Origin: Sandaracinaceae bacterium
Lineage (GTDB): Bacteria > Myxococcota_A > Polyangia > Polyangiales > Houyiibacteriaceae
NCBI GenBank assembly: GCA_016706685.1
Contig: JADJJE010000003.1
Coordinates: 321,780 to 385,779 of the forward strand
Length of the DNA stretch: 64,000 bases
Direction: 5' to 3'
Part shown: piece by piece, positions 1 to 9,445 of the stretch
How the letters are laid out: each line of letters opens with the position of its first letter
Position numbering within the stretch: the first letter of the stretch is position 1
The notes under the pieces: model-generated
What the model saw: the letters and a program-made list of their open reading frames with translations, nothing else
Databases searched by the model: none
What the model was told of the DNA's origin: nothing
Made by a program: the position numbers and the translations under genes

Positions 1-148
1 TCGCCACGTCGGCGGGCAGCCCCAAAAGCATGAGCGCAGGCAGGGTCAGCAGGCTGCCGCCTCCTGCCACGGTGTTGATGAAGCCGGCCACGAGGCCTGC
101 CAGCATCATCAGGGCCAAGAGGCCCACGTCGTAGGAAGCCCAGGTCAT
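1..148 (-). CDS. TauE/SafE (DUF81) family anion-exporter permease, 5' end only (gene runs off the left edge)
   Basis: Not in the ORF track because it is truncated. The reverse complement of 148..1 starts with ATG and reads [49 protein letters not shown]. The G..N..AGGGS.L..P.L motif in a first TM helix is typical of TauE/SafE N-termini. Confidence 0.7.
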   Translation of the reverse strand, partial: MTWASYDVGLLALMMLAGLVAGFINTVAGGGSLLTLPALMLLGLPADVA

Positions 149-225
149 TGGGGGGTGGTCGGGGGGTCGCGCCAGAATGCTACGGCCGCTGGCACTTTCT
201 GCGCCTCGCGTCTATATGCCGGGAC

Positions 226-1275
226 ATGCGCAGCCCCAAGCACTTCTTCGCCCCGCTCGCCATTGGTGCCCCCGCTCCCCTCCGCGAGGTGCCCTTCAAG
301 CCGTCGCGGATGATCCACTTCTTCGACCCCAGCAACGCCAAGATGGCGGAGAAGGTGCCGGACATCGCCAAGCAGACCGACGTGCTGCTGGGCAACCTAG
401 AGGACGCCATCGCGTCCGACAAGAAGCTGGCCGCACGCGAGGGCTTCATCAAGATCGCCGCCGCGACCGACTTCGGCGACTGCCAGCTGTGGACCCGCGT
501 GAACAGCCTGGACAGCCCGTGGTTCCTGGACGACGTCACCGAGATCGTCACCAAGGTGGGCAACAAGCTCGACGTGCTGATGGTGCCCAAGGTCGAGGGC
601 GCCTGGGACATCCACTACGTGGACCGCTTGCTGGCCCAGCTGGAGGCGCGTGCCGGGCTCACGAAGCCCATCCTGGTGCACGCCATCCTCGAGACCGCGC
701 TGGGTGTGGCCAACGTGGAAGAGATCGCCAGCGCCAGCCCGCGCATGCAGGGGCTCAGCCTGGGGCCGGCAGACCTCGCCGCCTCGCGCCGCATGAAGAC
801 CACCCGCGTGGGCGGTGGGCACCCGGGCTACCTGGTGCGGGCCGATCCCGACGCCGCCAACCCGGAGGCGCCGCGTACCACCGCGCAGCAGGACCTCTGG
901 CACTACACGCTGGCCCGCATGGTGGATGCCTGCGCGTCCAACGGCATCCTCCCGTACTACGGGCCGTTCGGTGACATCAAGGACGTGGTCGCCTGCGAGG
1001 ACCAGTTCCGCAACGCGTTCCTGCTGGGCTGTGTGGGCGCGTGGTCGCTGCACCCCGTGCAGATCGGCATCGCCAAGAAGGTGTTCTCGCCGCCCGTGGA
1101 CGAGGTGCTGTGGGCCAAGAAGGTCATCTCCGAGATGGGCGACGGCACCGGCGCGGTCATGATCGACGGCAAGATGCAGGACGACGCCACCGTGAAGCAG
1201 TGCAAGGTCATGGTGGACCTCGCCAAGATGCTGGCCGAGAAGGACGCCGACCTGCGCACCGCCTACGGCTTCTGA
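226..1275 (+). CDS. L-malyl-CoA/beta-methylmalyl-CoA lyase-like protein (HpcH/HpaI aldolase / CitE superfamily)
   Basis: Track ORF 148..1275. I prefer the ATG at 226 (MRSPKHFF..). Full-length resemblance to Mcl-type lyases: [59 protein letters not shown]. Confidence 0.8.
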   Translation: MRSPKHFFAPLAIGAPAPLREVPFKPSRMIHFFDPSNAKMAEKVPDIAKQTDVLLGNLEDAIASDKKLAAREGFIKIAAATDFGDCQLWTRVNSLDSPWFLDDVTEIVTKVGNKLDVLMVPKVEGAWDIHYVDRLLAQLEARAGLTKPILVHAILETALGVANVEEIASASPRMQGLSLGPADLAASRRMKTTRVGGGHPGYLVRADPDAANPEAPRTTAQQDLWHYTLARMVDACASNGILPYYGPFGDIKDVVACEDQFRNAFLLGCVGAWSLHPVQIGIAKKVFSPPVDEVLWAKKVISEMGDGTGAVMIDGKMQDDATVKQCKVMVDLAKMLAEKDADLRTAYGF

Positions 1276-1311
1276 TTTCCGCTCACCCCCGCACACAGGA
1301 GACCCCGAGAC

Positions 1312-2190
1312 ATGGCCGCTTCCGCAAGACCCCGTCGCTCCGTGCTCTACATGCCGGGCAGCAACGCGCGCGCGCTCGACAAGGCGCGCTCCCTCCCCGC
1401 TGACGGGCTCATCCTGGACCTCGAAGACGCGGTGGCACCGGACGCGAAGGCCACGGGCCGCCAGCAGATCGTGGAGCACGTGCGCGCCGGGGGCTATGGC
1501 CGCCGCGAGCTGATCCTGCGCGTGAACGCCCTGAACTCGCCGTGGGGCTTCGAGGACCTGGTGGCCGCGGCCACTTCCGGTGTGGACGCCGTGCTGCTGC
1601 CCAAGATCGAGAGCGCGGACGCCGTGCGTCAGGCCGAGCAGGTGCTGGTGGCCCACGGGGCGCCGGACAGCCTGGCCATCTGGACCATGATGGAGACGCC
1701 GCGCGGCATGCTGCGCGCGGAGGAGATCGCGGACAGCACGCCGCGCATGGCGGCGTTCGTCATGGGCACCAGCGACCTCGCGAAGGACCTGCACTGCGCG
1801 CACACGCCCATGCGTCTGCCCATGATCACGTCGCTCGGGCTGTGCATGCTGGCGGGCCGCGCGGCCGGGCTGGCGGTGCTGGACGGCGTGTACCTGGACC
1901 TGAACGACGACGAGGGCTTCGCCGCCAGCTGTCGTCAGGGCGCCGAGCTCGGCTTCGACGGGAAGACGCTGATCCACCCGAAGACGGTGGGCGCCGCCAA
2001 CGAGGCCTTCGCGCCGAGCGCCGCGGAGATCGCCTGGAGCCGCAAGATCATCGCGGCGCACGCGGAGGCCGAGGCCGCTGGCAAGGGCGTGCTCTTGGTG
2101 GACGGCAAGCTCATCGAGAACTTGCACGTGGCCAACGCGCGCCGGCTGGTGGCGTTGAGCGAGGCCATCGAGGCGCTGGCCGCGGGCTGA
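1312..2190 (+). CDS. CitE-like HpcH/HpaI family protein (citryl/malyl-CoA lyase beta-subunit-like; possible malyl-CoA thioesterase-type paralog)
   Basis: 292 aa with RSVLYMPGSNARALDKA, LDLEDAVAP, LLPKIES, METPRG, GTSDLAKDL and LIHPKTV motifs. Lies 36 nt downstream of the Mcl-like gene on the same strand. Confidence 0.8.
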   Translation: MAASARPRRSVLYMPGSNARALDKARSLPADGLILDLEDAVAPDAKATGRQQIVEHVRAGGYGRRELILRVNALNSPWGFEDLVAAATSGVDAVLLPKIESADAVRQAEQVLVAHGAPDSLAIWTMMETPRGMLRAEEIADSTPRMAAFVMGTSDLAKDLHCAHTPMRLPMITSLGLCMLAGRAAGLAVLDGVYLDLNDDEGFAASCRQGAELGFDGKTLIHPKTVGAANEAFAPSAAEIAWSRKIIAAHAEAEAAGKGVLLVDGKLIENLHVANARRLVALSEAIEALAAG

Positions 2191-2215
2191 GCGGCAGGTC
2201 GTTGGGGACGGCGGC

Positions 2216-2779
2216 TCAGTCCAGCCGCTCGTGGTACTCGGCCAGGTCGTCTGCGGTGGGCGCGCTCGGACGCGCCGTGGGAGCGTCCGTCAGGCGAATG
2301 ATGAGCGAGCTGCGCTGGCTGCCGCGCTCTGTGACGATCACATCCATGTGGTAGGCCGTGCCGGAGGGCCGCAGCGCGATGGCGTTGATGAAGCTGGCGC
2401 CAGTGCCATGCGGCTCCACCTGGCCCGTGAGGAGCCGGGGCCCGAAGTACTGGACCAGCTTCACCGCGGGGACGGGCACCTCGAAGATGTGCCGGTTGTT
2501 GCCGCTCTGCTCGTTCTCGAGACCACGCGGCAGGGTGAGCCCAGCCAAGACCCGCTCGGACGGAAGCAGCTTGCCGTCGGCGTCCAACAGCGCATCACGC
2601 GCGGCGGGCGTGGGCGCGGGGCGAGGAACGACCTCGTCTTCCGGGACGGCCTCGGTGGATCCCGCGTCGTTGCCACTACAGCCCAGGATTGCGAGCGCGA
2701 CCCCCATGACCCCGAGCGAGAGCGGGGTCAGGAGGGCGAGGAGGGATAGGACGCGAGGGAGAACGCGCGGACGGGGCAT
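2216..2779 (-). CDS. Hypothetical lipoprotein, last gene of the pilin/PilY1 operon
   Basis: ATG at 2779. Signal peptide plus lipobox (..ALAILGC SGND). Lies 27 nt after the pilY1 stop on the same strand. No recognisable domain. Confidence 0.6.
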   Translation of the reverse strand: MPRPRVLPRVLSLLALLTPLSLGVMGVALAILGCSGNDAGSTEAVPEDEVVPRPAPTPAARDALLDADGKLLPSERVLAGLTLPRGLENEQSGNNRHIFEVPVPAVKLVQYFGPRLLTGQVEPHGTGASFINAIALRPSGTAYHMDVIVTERGSQRSSLIIRLTDAPTARPSAPTADDLAEYHERLD

Positions 2780-2806
2780 GGCAGGGATGGTAGCGCGCAG
2801 CCCGCG

Positions 2807-5800
2807 TCACTCCACGCGGCGAACCGCGCCCACGGTCTGCACCTGGATGGGAGGGGTGGTGACGCTAAGCCCGATGGTGGCCACGGCGCCACCACCGGCG
2901 CCCGTTCCCTGGCCCGAGATCTGCGCCACCAGCTCGAACTGCGCAGGCGCCGCGTCGGTCACATGGTGACGGGCCTGCGGGTTCCCCAAGTAGGGGTCGG
3001 TCTCACCGGGCGGCTCATCGGAGGAGTTGCAGCGCGGACGCGCGGCGATGCCGACGCCCATGAGCAGGCCGTTTTGGAGGCTCTCGAAGCCCGAGATGGT
3101 GTGGTCGAACGCCACCATTTCCGTATCGTCGATCGTGGGATGCGGAAGGCGCGCTACCGGCTCGTGGAGGTTGCTACCCACGTGCTCGACATAGTCCACG
3201 CCCCAGAGGCGGCTGTAGCCGAAAGAGCACGCGTTGTTGGCCTCGACGTCGGTCACGAACGTGCCGAAGTAGACAACGCCGTTGAAGAGCTCGAGCGGTC
3301 CGGTGACCTGCTCGCCGGGGCGCAGCGAGTTCAGGGAGTTGGCGGGACCATTCAAGATGTCCCAGTTGACGGTCATGTCCACGCCCGTGAACGTGAACAA
3401 GGTGGTGTTCACGTTGATGGTCTCCGTGAGCGACACCACGCGGTTCATGGCCGTTCCGTCCTCGAGCATGTCCGCGTCGCCGCTCGCCTGGATGATGACC
3501 ACGCGGCCGTCATCGAGAGTGGAGAGCAGGGGCGGGTTGTAGGCAGGCTGCCCAGCGTCCGCCGGCAGGTCGTGGAACATGTCCCAGATGGCCTGATAGT
3601 CCCAGTCGTCCGGGTCTTTGGACGAGAGGTCGAGGCGCCACAGGATACCGTCGTGGTCGTTGAAGTACGCGGCCTGCGCGTCCGAACCCACGCTGCCCGG
3701 GAAGACCGACACGCCGCCGGTGAGCGGCGAGGGGAAGTCGTCGAAGTGGCGAATGAGCTTGCCCGTGAGGATGTCCACCACGAAGAGCGCCCTACCCTGG
3801 GTGCCCCAGTTGCGGCGGCTGCCACGCGGCGCAATGCCGCTGACGGTCTCCGGAATGTGGCGGCTGTCACTTGGGCTGTTGACGCCCGCGAGCTCCGCCC
3901 CCCCCCAGCCACCGGGGAGGATGGCCACGGTGCGCTGGTGGATGCCGCCTGTCGCGAACTCCACGTTGACCTGCGCCATGCGCGGCTGACCGTAGGTCTG
4001 GCCCAGCTGCGGGTGGGTGTACTGCCACAGGAACTTGGGCTCGAACGGGTCCGTGATGTCGAGCGCGAAGTAGCCGCGCGCGCCCTGCCGGAAGCCCATG
4101 ACCAGCACGGTGCGCCAGTCGGCGGCGGAGCCCGTACCCGTGCGGGCCGTGATCACGTCTTGAATCACGGGCGTCCCGTCCAGCATCCACTGATGGCTGG
4201 TCATGGTGTCCTCCAACTCATCCAGCAGGATGGGTGGGATGAAGCCCCAGATCTCGTGCCCAGCGGTGTAGGTCGTGGTGGCCCCGCCCGAATCGTGGTC
4301 GTAGTCGTCCGCCAGGAACGCGTGCAGGATGCCGTCGTTGGTGCCCACGTAGACCACGCGCGGGCGGTCACCGATGAGCTGGCGGAACTCGTTGAACGTC
4401 TCGTCCGAACGGTCGGCGCCGGGCGGCCCGATGATGACGGGCGACGAGTGGTAGATGGAGCCCATGCGCTTGTCCCCACGCTCGGTCGATGCGTCGCCGT
4501 GGGTCCACGCCACGATGGCGTCGCGACGCGCGTTGTCGCCCGTCACCAGTCCGAGGTACTCCGCAGCGATGCTGGAGGCGTCGAACGGCGTCAAATCCGT
4601 GCTCACGGACACGGCAGGCGTGCCGAGCGCGGGTGGGTTGAGGGGGGAGGTTGGCGTGGGTGCCGCGAGGTGGCCATTGATGTCGGCCGCATCGGGCGGG
4701 AGGGCGGTGAGGAGCTGCCGTGTGCCTTGCGTGTTGAGCAGCTCGTGGAAACGGTCGGTGGCGTCGATGTCCCGAGCCACGACGGTCGTTCCGTTGCACT
4801 CGTAGCGCCGACGCTCGAGCACGCCCTGCCACGGCTCGTAGCCGAGGGCGATGGTGGAGAACGATGGGTTGAAGCCCGTCTGGAACTGGTGCTGGCCCCC
4901 GCCGCCAGCCCCGGCAGCAGAGAAGGCAGGGACGGTGCGGGTGGTGGTACCTGGCGCCGTCTGGCGGAGGATCTCTTCGAAGTCGACGCGGAGGTCGGAC
5001 GCATTCGCGGGAAACCGCGCGCAGTCGCCGCCGCCCAGCGGGCACGTCTCGCCTGCGGTGGCGATCGCGTTGAGCGTGGTGCGCGCCGGCGCGTCGGCGG
5101 CGCGGATGTTCATGCCGATGACGTAGAGACCATCGAGCGGACCATCCGGGTCGGTGAGCCGCGCCGCCGTGTTCTCGGGAGTGTCGTACGGGCAGTTCTC
5201 GACGCCGCCGCTCACCACGCCGCCCGACTCGGTTCCACCGTCGTGCTCGCAGTAGTAGGGGTGGCCTCGGAAGTCCATGTTCGGGCGACCGTCGGTGAGC
5301 AAGATGGCGAACCGCTGACGGCACTCACGGTAGGGGTCGCCCGTGGTGCCATTGGACGGCCGCACGTCCTCGTGGTGGTCGAAGTAGTACTCGACGTCCT
5401 CGAGCATGGCGGCGACGGGCGTCGCGCCGTGCGGGCGGAGCTCGCGCGTCATCAGCGTGGACTGGATGCTGGCGTTGATGGCTGTGTGGTCGTCGCTCGG
5501 CACGTCCGGGTCGGTGCTCTCGAAGCCCACCGAGACGAGCCGACCCGAGGCCGCCGTCTCACTGCGCGCGCCGCTGTTCACGCGCCGGTCGTTGTTGTCG
5601 GGGCAGCCGAAGTAGTGGAACCCGCGGCTCTCCGCGTAGGAGAACGCGCCGCGCACGCCGTCCGAGAGTGTCTCGTTGAAAGACGCGTGGGGGATGAGCG
5701 CCCCGAACGGTGTGTAGGTCGGGTGGGCATCGAACGTCATGAGGCCGAACTTCACGCGGTCGACGTAGGTGTCGAGGATGCCGTTGTCCGCCTGCGGCGT

Positions 5801-6229
5801 GCCGTATGGATGCACGGCGTGGGAGAGGTAGTAATCCTCGTCGTACTGGCCGGTGTAGACCGTGCCGCTCGGGCCCGTCCCACGCCGGGTGGGATCCGTG
5901 ACGCACGAGTACGACTGCCACTGACCCGTGAGCACCTCGAGCACGTTCGCCCAGCGGTTGCGGGCCGGGACGGCGTCGCTGCAGTCGGTCATGCACTCGC
6001 GGCACGTTAGCGTGGTGCACTCGCAGTCGCCCACGTACTCCATCGACCCAGAGGAATCGATCAAGAGCATGACGGCCGGCCGAATCTCGCGGATGTCGGG
6101 CTGCGCGGCTGCGGGGGACACCCCAGGCATCAGGCTCGCAAGGAGCAGCGCGAAGGGCACCCACGCAAAGCCCAGGGCGCGGTGGCGGCGTGAGCGAGCG
6201 GTCAGACTGTGCGGGTTCGGATCAGGCAT
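2807..6229 (-). CDS. pilY1: Type IV pilus tip-associated adhesin PilY1 with N-terminal von Willebrand A domain
   Basis: 1140 aa. ATG at 6229 preceded by GGGAG. Signal peptide present. vWA MIDAS motif DSSGSM (6041..6058) and ILLTDGRPN. Cys-rich knot GDCECTTLTCRECMTDCSD. C-terminal half carries the PilY1 signatures GSIYHSSPVIIGPP and VVYVGTNDGILHAF. Confidence 0.9.
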   Translation of the reverse strand: MPDPNPHSLTARSRRHRALGFAWVPFALLLASLMPGVSPAAAQPDIREIRPAVMLLIDSSGSMEYVGDCECTTLTCRECMTDCSDAVPARNRWANVLEVLTGQWQSYSCVTDPTRRGTGPSGTVYTGQYDEDYYLSHAVHPYGTPQADNGILDTYVDRVKFGLMTFDAHPTYTPFGALIPHASFNETLSDGVRGAFSYAESRGFHYFGCPDNNDRRVNSGARSETAASGRLVSVGFESTDPDVPSDDHTAINASIQSTLMTRELRPHGATPVAAMLEDVEYYFDHHEDVRPSNGTTGDPYRECRQRFAILLTDGRPNMDFRGHPYYCEHDGGTESGGVVSGGVENCPYDTPENTAARLTDPDGPLDGLYVIGMNIRAADAPARTTLNAIATAGETCPLGGGDCARFPANASDLRVDFEEILRQTAPGTTTRTVPAFSAAGAGGGGQHQFQTGFNPSFSTIALGYEPWQGVLERRRYECNGTTVVARDIDATDRFHELLNTQGTRQLLTALPPDAADINGHLAAPTPTSPLNPPALGTPAVSVSTDLTPFDASSIAAEYLGLVTGDNARRDAIVAWTHGDASTERGDKRMGSIYHSSPVIIGPPGADRSDETFNEFRQLIGDRPRVVYVGTNDGILHAFLADDYDHDSGGATTTYTAGHEIWGFIPPILLDELEDTMTSHQWMLDGTPVIQDVITARTGTGSAADWRTVLVMGFRQGARGYFALDITDPFEPKFLWQYTHPQLGQTYGQPRMAQVNVEFATGGIHQRTVAILPGGWGGAELAGVNSPSDSRHIPETVSGIAPRGSRRNWGTQGRALFVVDILTGKLIRHFDDFPSPLTGGVSVFPGSVGSDAQAAYFNDHDGILWRLDLSSKDPDDWDYQAIWDMFHDLPADAGQPAYNPPLLSTLDDGRVVIIQASGDADMLEDGTAMNRVVSLTETINVNTTLFTFTGVDMTVNWDILNGPANSLNSLRPGEQVTGPLELFNGVVYFGTFVTDVEANNACSFGYSRLWGVDYVEHVGSNLHEPVARLPHPTIDDTEMVAFDHTISGFESLQNGLLMGVGIAARPRCNSSDEPPGETDPYLGNPQARHHVTDAAPAQFELVAQISGQGTGAGGGAVATIGLSVTTPPIQVQTVGAVRRVE

Positions 6230-6247
6230 ATTGGCTCCCTGGCCGCC

Positions 6248-6931
6248 TCAGAGGCGGCCGGCGGGGTAGTCGGTCTGGAGCGCGAAGATTCGCGTGCCGG
6301 CGGCGGTCTCGCCGGCATGAAAGCCGAAGTCGATGGCGGAGGAGTCGGCCTCCACGCCACCCGTGACGATGGACGCGTTGGGACGCAGGCGGGCGCGGGC
6401 GGTGTAGACGATGTGCATCATGACGGCCGGTGCGCCGTCCCCGGAGCGCTCGCCAGCACGGTTGAGCTGGGTCACGTAGACGTCGTTGACGTCCACCCAG
6501 CGCACGGCCTCACCGGACTCGTGCGGGCCCAGCTGGTCCTGTGTGGTGATGGGTCCGAGGAGGCTGAAGTCCCTCTCGGTCAAGCGGCCCACGTCGAACT
6601 GGTTGGTGTCGTAGGTGGCTTCGAGCCCCTGCATTTGGGGGTTGCCCGCTCCCAGCTCACGGTCACGGCGCAGCTTGAACAGCAGCGTCTCGCTGCCCAT
6701 CGTGGCCACCACGGCCATCGCCGTGCGCGCCGTGCCCTCGCTCACGTACTCGGCCTGCATGGCCCGGCGCGAGTGGCCGGACGCGCGCAGCTCGAGCGAC
6801 GAGGTGTGCATCGCGAACAGGGCCGTGGACGTCATCATCATGAGCACCAGCAGGGTGACCAGCATCACCAGACCGTGCTCACGGGTGACCGTGTGACGGA
6901 GGCGCGCTCGCGTGTTCTGCACCTGGCTCAT
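6248..6931 (-). CDS. pilX: PilX-like type IV pilus minor pilin / assembly protein (PilX_N-type N-terminus)
   Basis: ATG at 6931 (MSQVQNTRARLRHTVTREHG|LVMLVTLLVLMMMTSTALFAM). Basic leader followed by a hydrophobic helix, as in PilX_N. 18 nt upstream of pilY1. The track ORF 6248..7882 is this gene plus the in-frame 3' part of pilW. Confidence 0.7.
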   Translation of the reverse strand: MSQVQNTRARLRHTVTREHGLVMLVTLLVLMMMTSTALFAMHTSSLELRASGHSRRAMQAEYVSEGTARTAMAVVATMGSETLLFKLRRDRELGAGNPQMQGLEATYDTNQFDVGRLTERDFSLLGPITTQDQLGPHESGEAVRWVDVNDVYVTQLNRAGERSGDGAPAVMMHIVYTARARLRPNASIVTGGVEADSSAIDFGFHAGETAAGTRIFALQTDYPAGRL

Positions 6932-8172
6932 TAGGAGACCTCGGTTGGCGATGTTCTCGAGCATGATGACCTCTTCCGCCGTGCGAACATGGGCCGCAGG
7001 CGCTTGGTCCACCGCCTGGGTGGCCGTGGTGTTGGGCGGCACGCGCGGAAGGTAGCTGCGCAAGGGCGCGCGCTGACTCGCCCGTGGGCCCGTCCAGGGG
7101 AAGTTCCGATCCACACCCGGCGTGCGCACACCCAGAGTCACGCGCACCGCCCGCCCGGAGCCGGGGTCGGCAGCGAGTGCGGCCGCTCCTCCATCACCGT
7201 CGAGCGTCTCCACGAGGCCGGGGTCCACCACTCCAGCGGCGGCGGTGGCACGCGTGATGGCGGCGTCGAAGTGGACCAGGTACTCGAGCACCACGCGCTC
7301 GCTGTTGGCAATCGGGGTGTTGGCGTCGCTGAAGCTGAGTTCACGCCTCGCCAAAATCGTCTGCTCCACGCCACGCGCGTAGCGCTCGGTCGCGCTGCCT
7401 GCCGGCAGGAGCCACGCGAACGCGGCGTCGTTCTCGGGCGCGGTCGCGTAGTACTCCACGCGCGAGATGGGGCTGATGCGCGCACCCCGCCCATACCCGA
7501 AGCAACCGACGCTGATGCCCGGCGTGACCGTGATGGTGGCCGAGGCGCCGTTGACGGAAGTGATCTCGCGCGCCACCCGGCGACCCGTCTCGGAGACCAA
7601 GTAGACCCAGCGCCCCGGACGGAAGGCATCTTGGAAGCGCTGCGGATCGAGCGGGGCCCCGAAGCTGCGCCGGAACGACTGCCGCGTCTGCTGGAGCGAG
7701 ATGGTGGTCCCCCGACGATCTCGGAGACGAGGTAGTGGTCGCCGGTCGCGAAGTTGCCGGACATGACGACCCCGTCGGCCTGGACCCGGTTGTGGGCGTC
7801 GTCCGCGAGCCACAGCTGGGCGGTGTAGGCGTTGTCGTTCACGGCGAACCCGACCAACCGAAAGCCCGGGGTCACCGCGCATCCGGCCGGATTGGCGCCA
7901 CGGTCCCCGTCGGACGCACTGGTTCCGCTGTCGGGGGTGGCGCCGAAGCCGGCGCGGGAAAAGTCACGACGCACATGCTCCATGCCAGAGCGCACGGCAG
8001 CCTGAGCCTGACTGATACGGTTCTGCTCCTGGAAGGCGCGCGTGGACCCGGCGCCCAACGAGTAGACGGTGGCGATGGTCATGGCGCCTGCCACGACGGC
8101 CACCAGCATCTCGACCAGCGTGAAGCCGGCGTTCGTGTGCCCCTCGGCGAGCATACGTCGGCGGGAGGTCAT
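6932..8172 (-). CDS. pilW: PilW-like minor pilin, reading frame broken in this assembly (frameshift at C5 run 7708..7712; no in-frame stop before pilX)
   Basis: The ATG at 8172 overlaps the pilV stop (ATGA). N-terminus MTSRRRMLAEGHTNAGFTLVEMLVAVVAG is a prepilin methylation motif (track ORF 7138..8370). After ..GDHYLVSEIVGG that frame turns into R/S/P-rich junk. The coding signal (high GC3, plausible protein TTISLQQTRQSF...RAVRVTLGVRT...EEVIMLENIANRGLL) continues in the frame of ORF 6248..7882. Confidence 0.75.
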
Positions 8173-8780
8173 TGGGGCAACCCCTGCCAGCGAACGACCG
8201 TGCTGCTGTAGATGACACCGAAGTCCGTGACCTCGGCCAGCGCGGTGGTCAGCGCGTTCTGGTCGGCCCCACAGTCCTCGATGGTGTCTGCCGTGCGAGT
8301 CGGACGATGCCACCACGTGCGGACATCGAGGCGCGCCACTTGATCCGTGCCGCCGGACATCCATGTCCACCGCAGGCTGGTGCAGTAGCTGGCCGGGGGC
8401 GTGCCGGCACCCGACGGAATCGGCATGGGTGCGCCGTACCAGTCGCTGGCGGCGGTGACCGTTGGGTCGTCAGGGTCCTCCACGGGGAGGAACCAGCCGC
8501 TGGTGCCCGTCTGTGTGTCAGGGAGGGCGTTCAACCACGTCATGTTGGGATCGTCGAACGCGACGGGACCCCAGCGCAGCGCCTCCAGCTTCACGCGCTC
8601 GATCCAGAAGCGGTTCACTTCGGTGGCCGTGCTGATCATGCGTGAGCGCCGCGCCCCGGTGGCAGAGACGTTCTGCATGGTGAACACGGCGATGGCGCCG
8701 GCGGTCATGACCGAGATGGCCATCATGACCTCGACGAGGGTGAAGCCGCGACGGCCTCGGTGGCGAGGATGGCGGGTCAT
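8169..8780 (-). CDS. pilV: PilV-like type IV pilus minor pilin
   Basis: 203 aa. N-terminus MTRHPRHRGRRGFTLVEVMMAISVMTAGA is a class III signal / N-methylation motif. ATGA overlaps with both neighbours. Confidence 0.85.
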   Translation of the reverse strand: MTRHPRHRGRRGFTLVEVMMAISVMTAGAIAVFTMQNVSATGARRSRMISTATEVNRFWIERVKLEALRWGPVAFDDPNMTWLNALPDTQTGTSGWFLPVEDPDDPTVTAASDWYGAPMPIPSGAGTPPASYCTSLRWTWMSGGTDQVARLDVRTWWHRPTRTADTIEDCGADQNALTTALAEVTDFGVIYSSTVVRWQGLPQ

Positions 8781-9445
8781 CGTGCCACCCTGGCGGCTGC
8801 GCCGAGCGGGACGGTGAGAAAGCGGTCGGGCGACAGCGGGTCACCGTTCAGGTCGAGGCGCTGGACACGGATGAGGAAGCCGCCGCTCAGGTTGCCGCCG
8901 GCGCCCGCGTTGCTTGAGCTCATCAAGAGGTTGGCGCCCACCGCGGCGCCTGCGCGCCACAACGAGGTGCCGGTGGGCTCGAAGCACATGTCGGCCGCTG
9001 CCTCTGCGAAGCTCCCCGCTGCCCCTGTGGTGACCATCCCGAGCTGGAAGACCTCGTCCGAGAGCTGACGCGTGGCGGGGTTCAGCTGGTCCGTGCAGAA
9101 GCCGCCCGGACCACACGCCACGCCGGTGATCGCGGCCCAGTCGCTGGCGCCGCAGCTGCTGTTGTTGCCCTCGTAGGCCACCAGCCCGCCCTGCCCGTTG
9201 TTGTCCGCCGCCGTGAAGCGCACCAGCTGGGCGCGGCCGCTGCCGGTCGCACGCGCACGGGCCCCGTTGTAGAAGTTGACGATCTGCCCCGTCAGGTCGC
9301 GCACACGGGCATCCGCGAGCGCGTCCATCATGGACGGAGCGGCCAGCCCGGTCATCATGGCGATGATGATCACCACCGCCATCAGCTCGACCAAGGTGAA
9401 CCCCTGAGTGCGGCGGGACGCGGAAGGTCGGAGACGGAAAGGCAC
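8777..9445 (-). CDS. FimT/FimU (GspH-like) type IV pilus minor pilin, first gene of the operon
   Basis: ..RRTQGFTLVELMAVVIIIAMMTGLAAPSM prepilin motif. There is no ATG near the motif. I place the start at GTG 9445 (MPFRLRPSASRRTQ|GFTLVEL); TTG 9463 is an alternative. The track ORF extends to 9583, and that extra part is probably untranslated. Confidence 0.75.
   Translation of the reverse strand: MPFRLRPSASRRTQGFTLVELMAVVIIIAMMTGLAAPSMMDALADARVRDLTGQIVNFYNGARARATGSGRAQLVRFTAADNNGQGGLVAYEGNNSSCGASDWAAITGVACGPGGFCTDQLNPATRQLSDEVFQLGMVTTGAAGSFAEAAADMCFEPTGTSLWRAGAAVGANLLMSSSNAGAGGNLSGGFLIRVQRLDLNGDPLSPDRFLTVPLGAAARVAR

Noticed and set aside
397-2127. Very long antisense or off-frame ORFs throughout the track (e.g. 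397..2127, 2963..6010, 11154..12632, 16453..18306, 18468..19871, 21274..23316, 28813..31401, 46276..47655, 60953..62233)
   Set aside because: They lie opposite or out of frame to genes with unmistakable family motifs. Their translations are Arg/Gly/His/Pro/Ala-rich with no motifs. Stop-free off-frames of this kind are expected at this GC content.
7708-7712. Programmed ribosomal frameshift or phase-variable homopolymer in pilW
   Set aside because: A C5 tract is short for slipped-strand switching, and I see no slippery heptamer or downstream structure. Three other genes, including dnaK, show similar breaks, so assembly error is the more economical explanation. It is kept as a finding only for verification.
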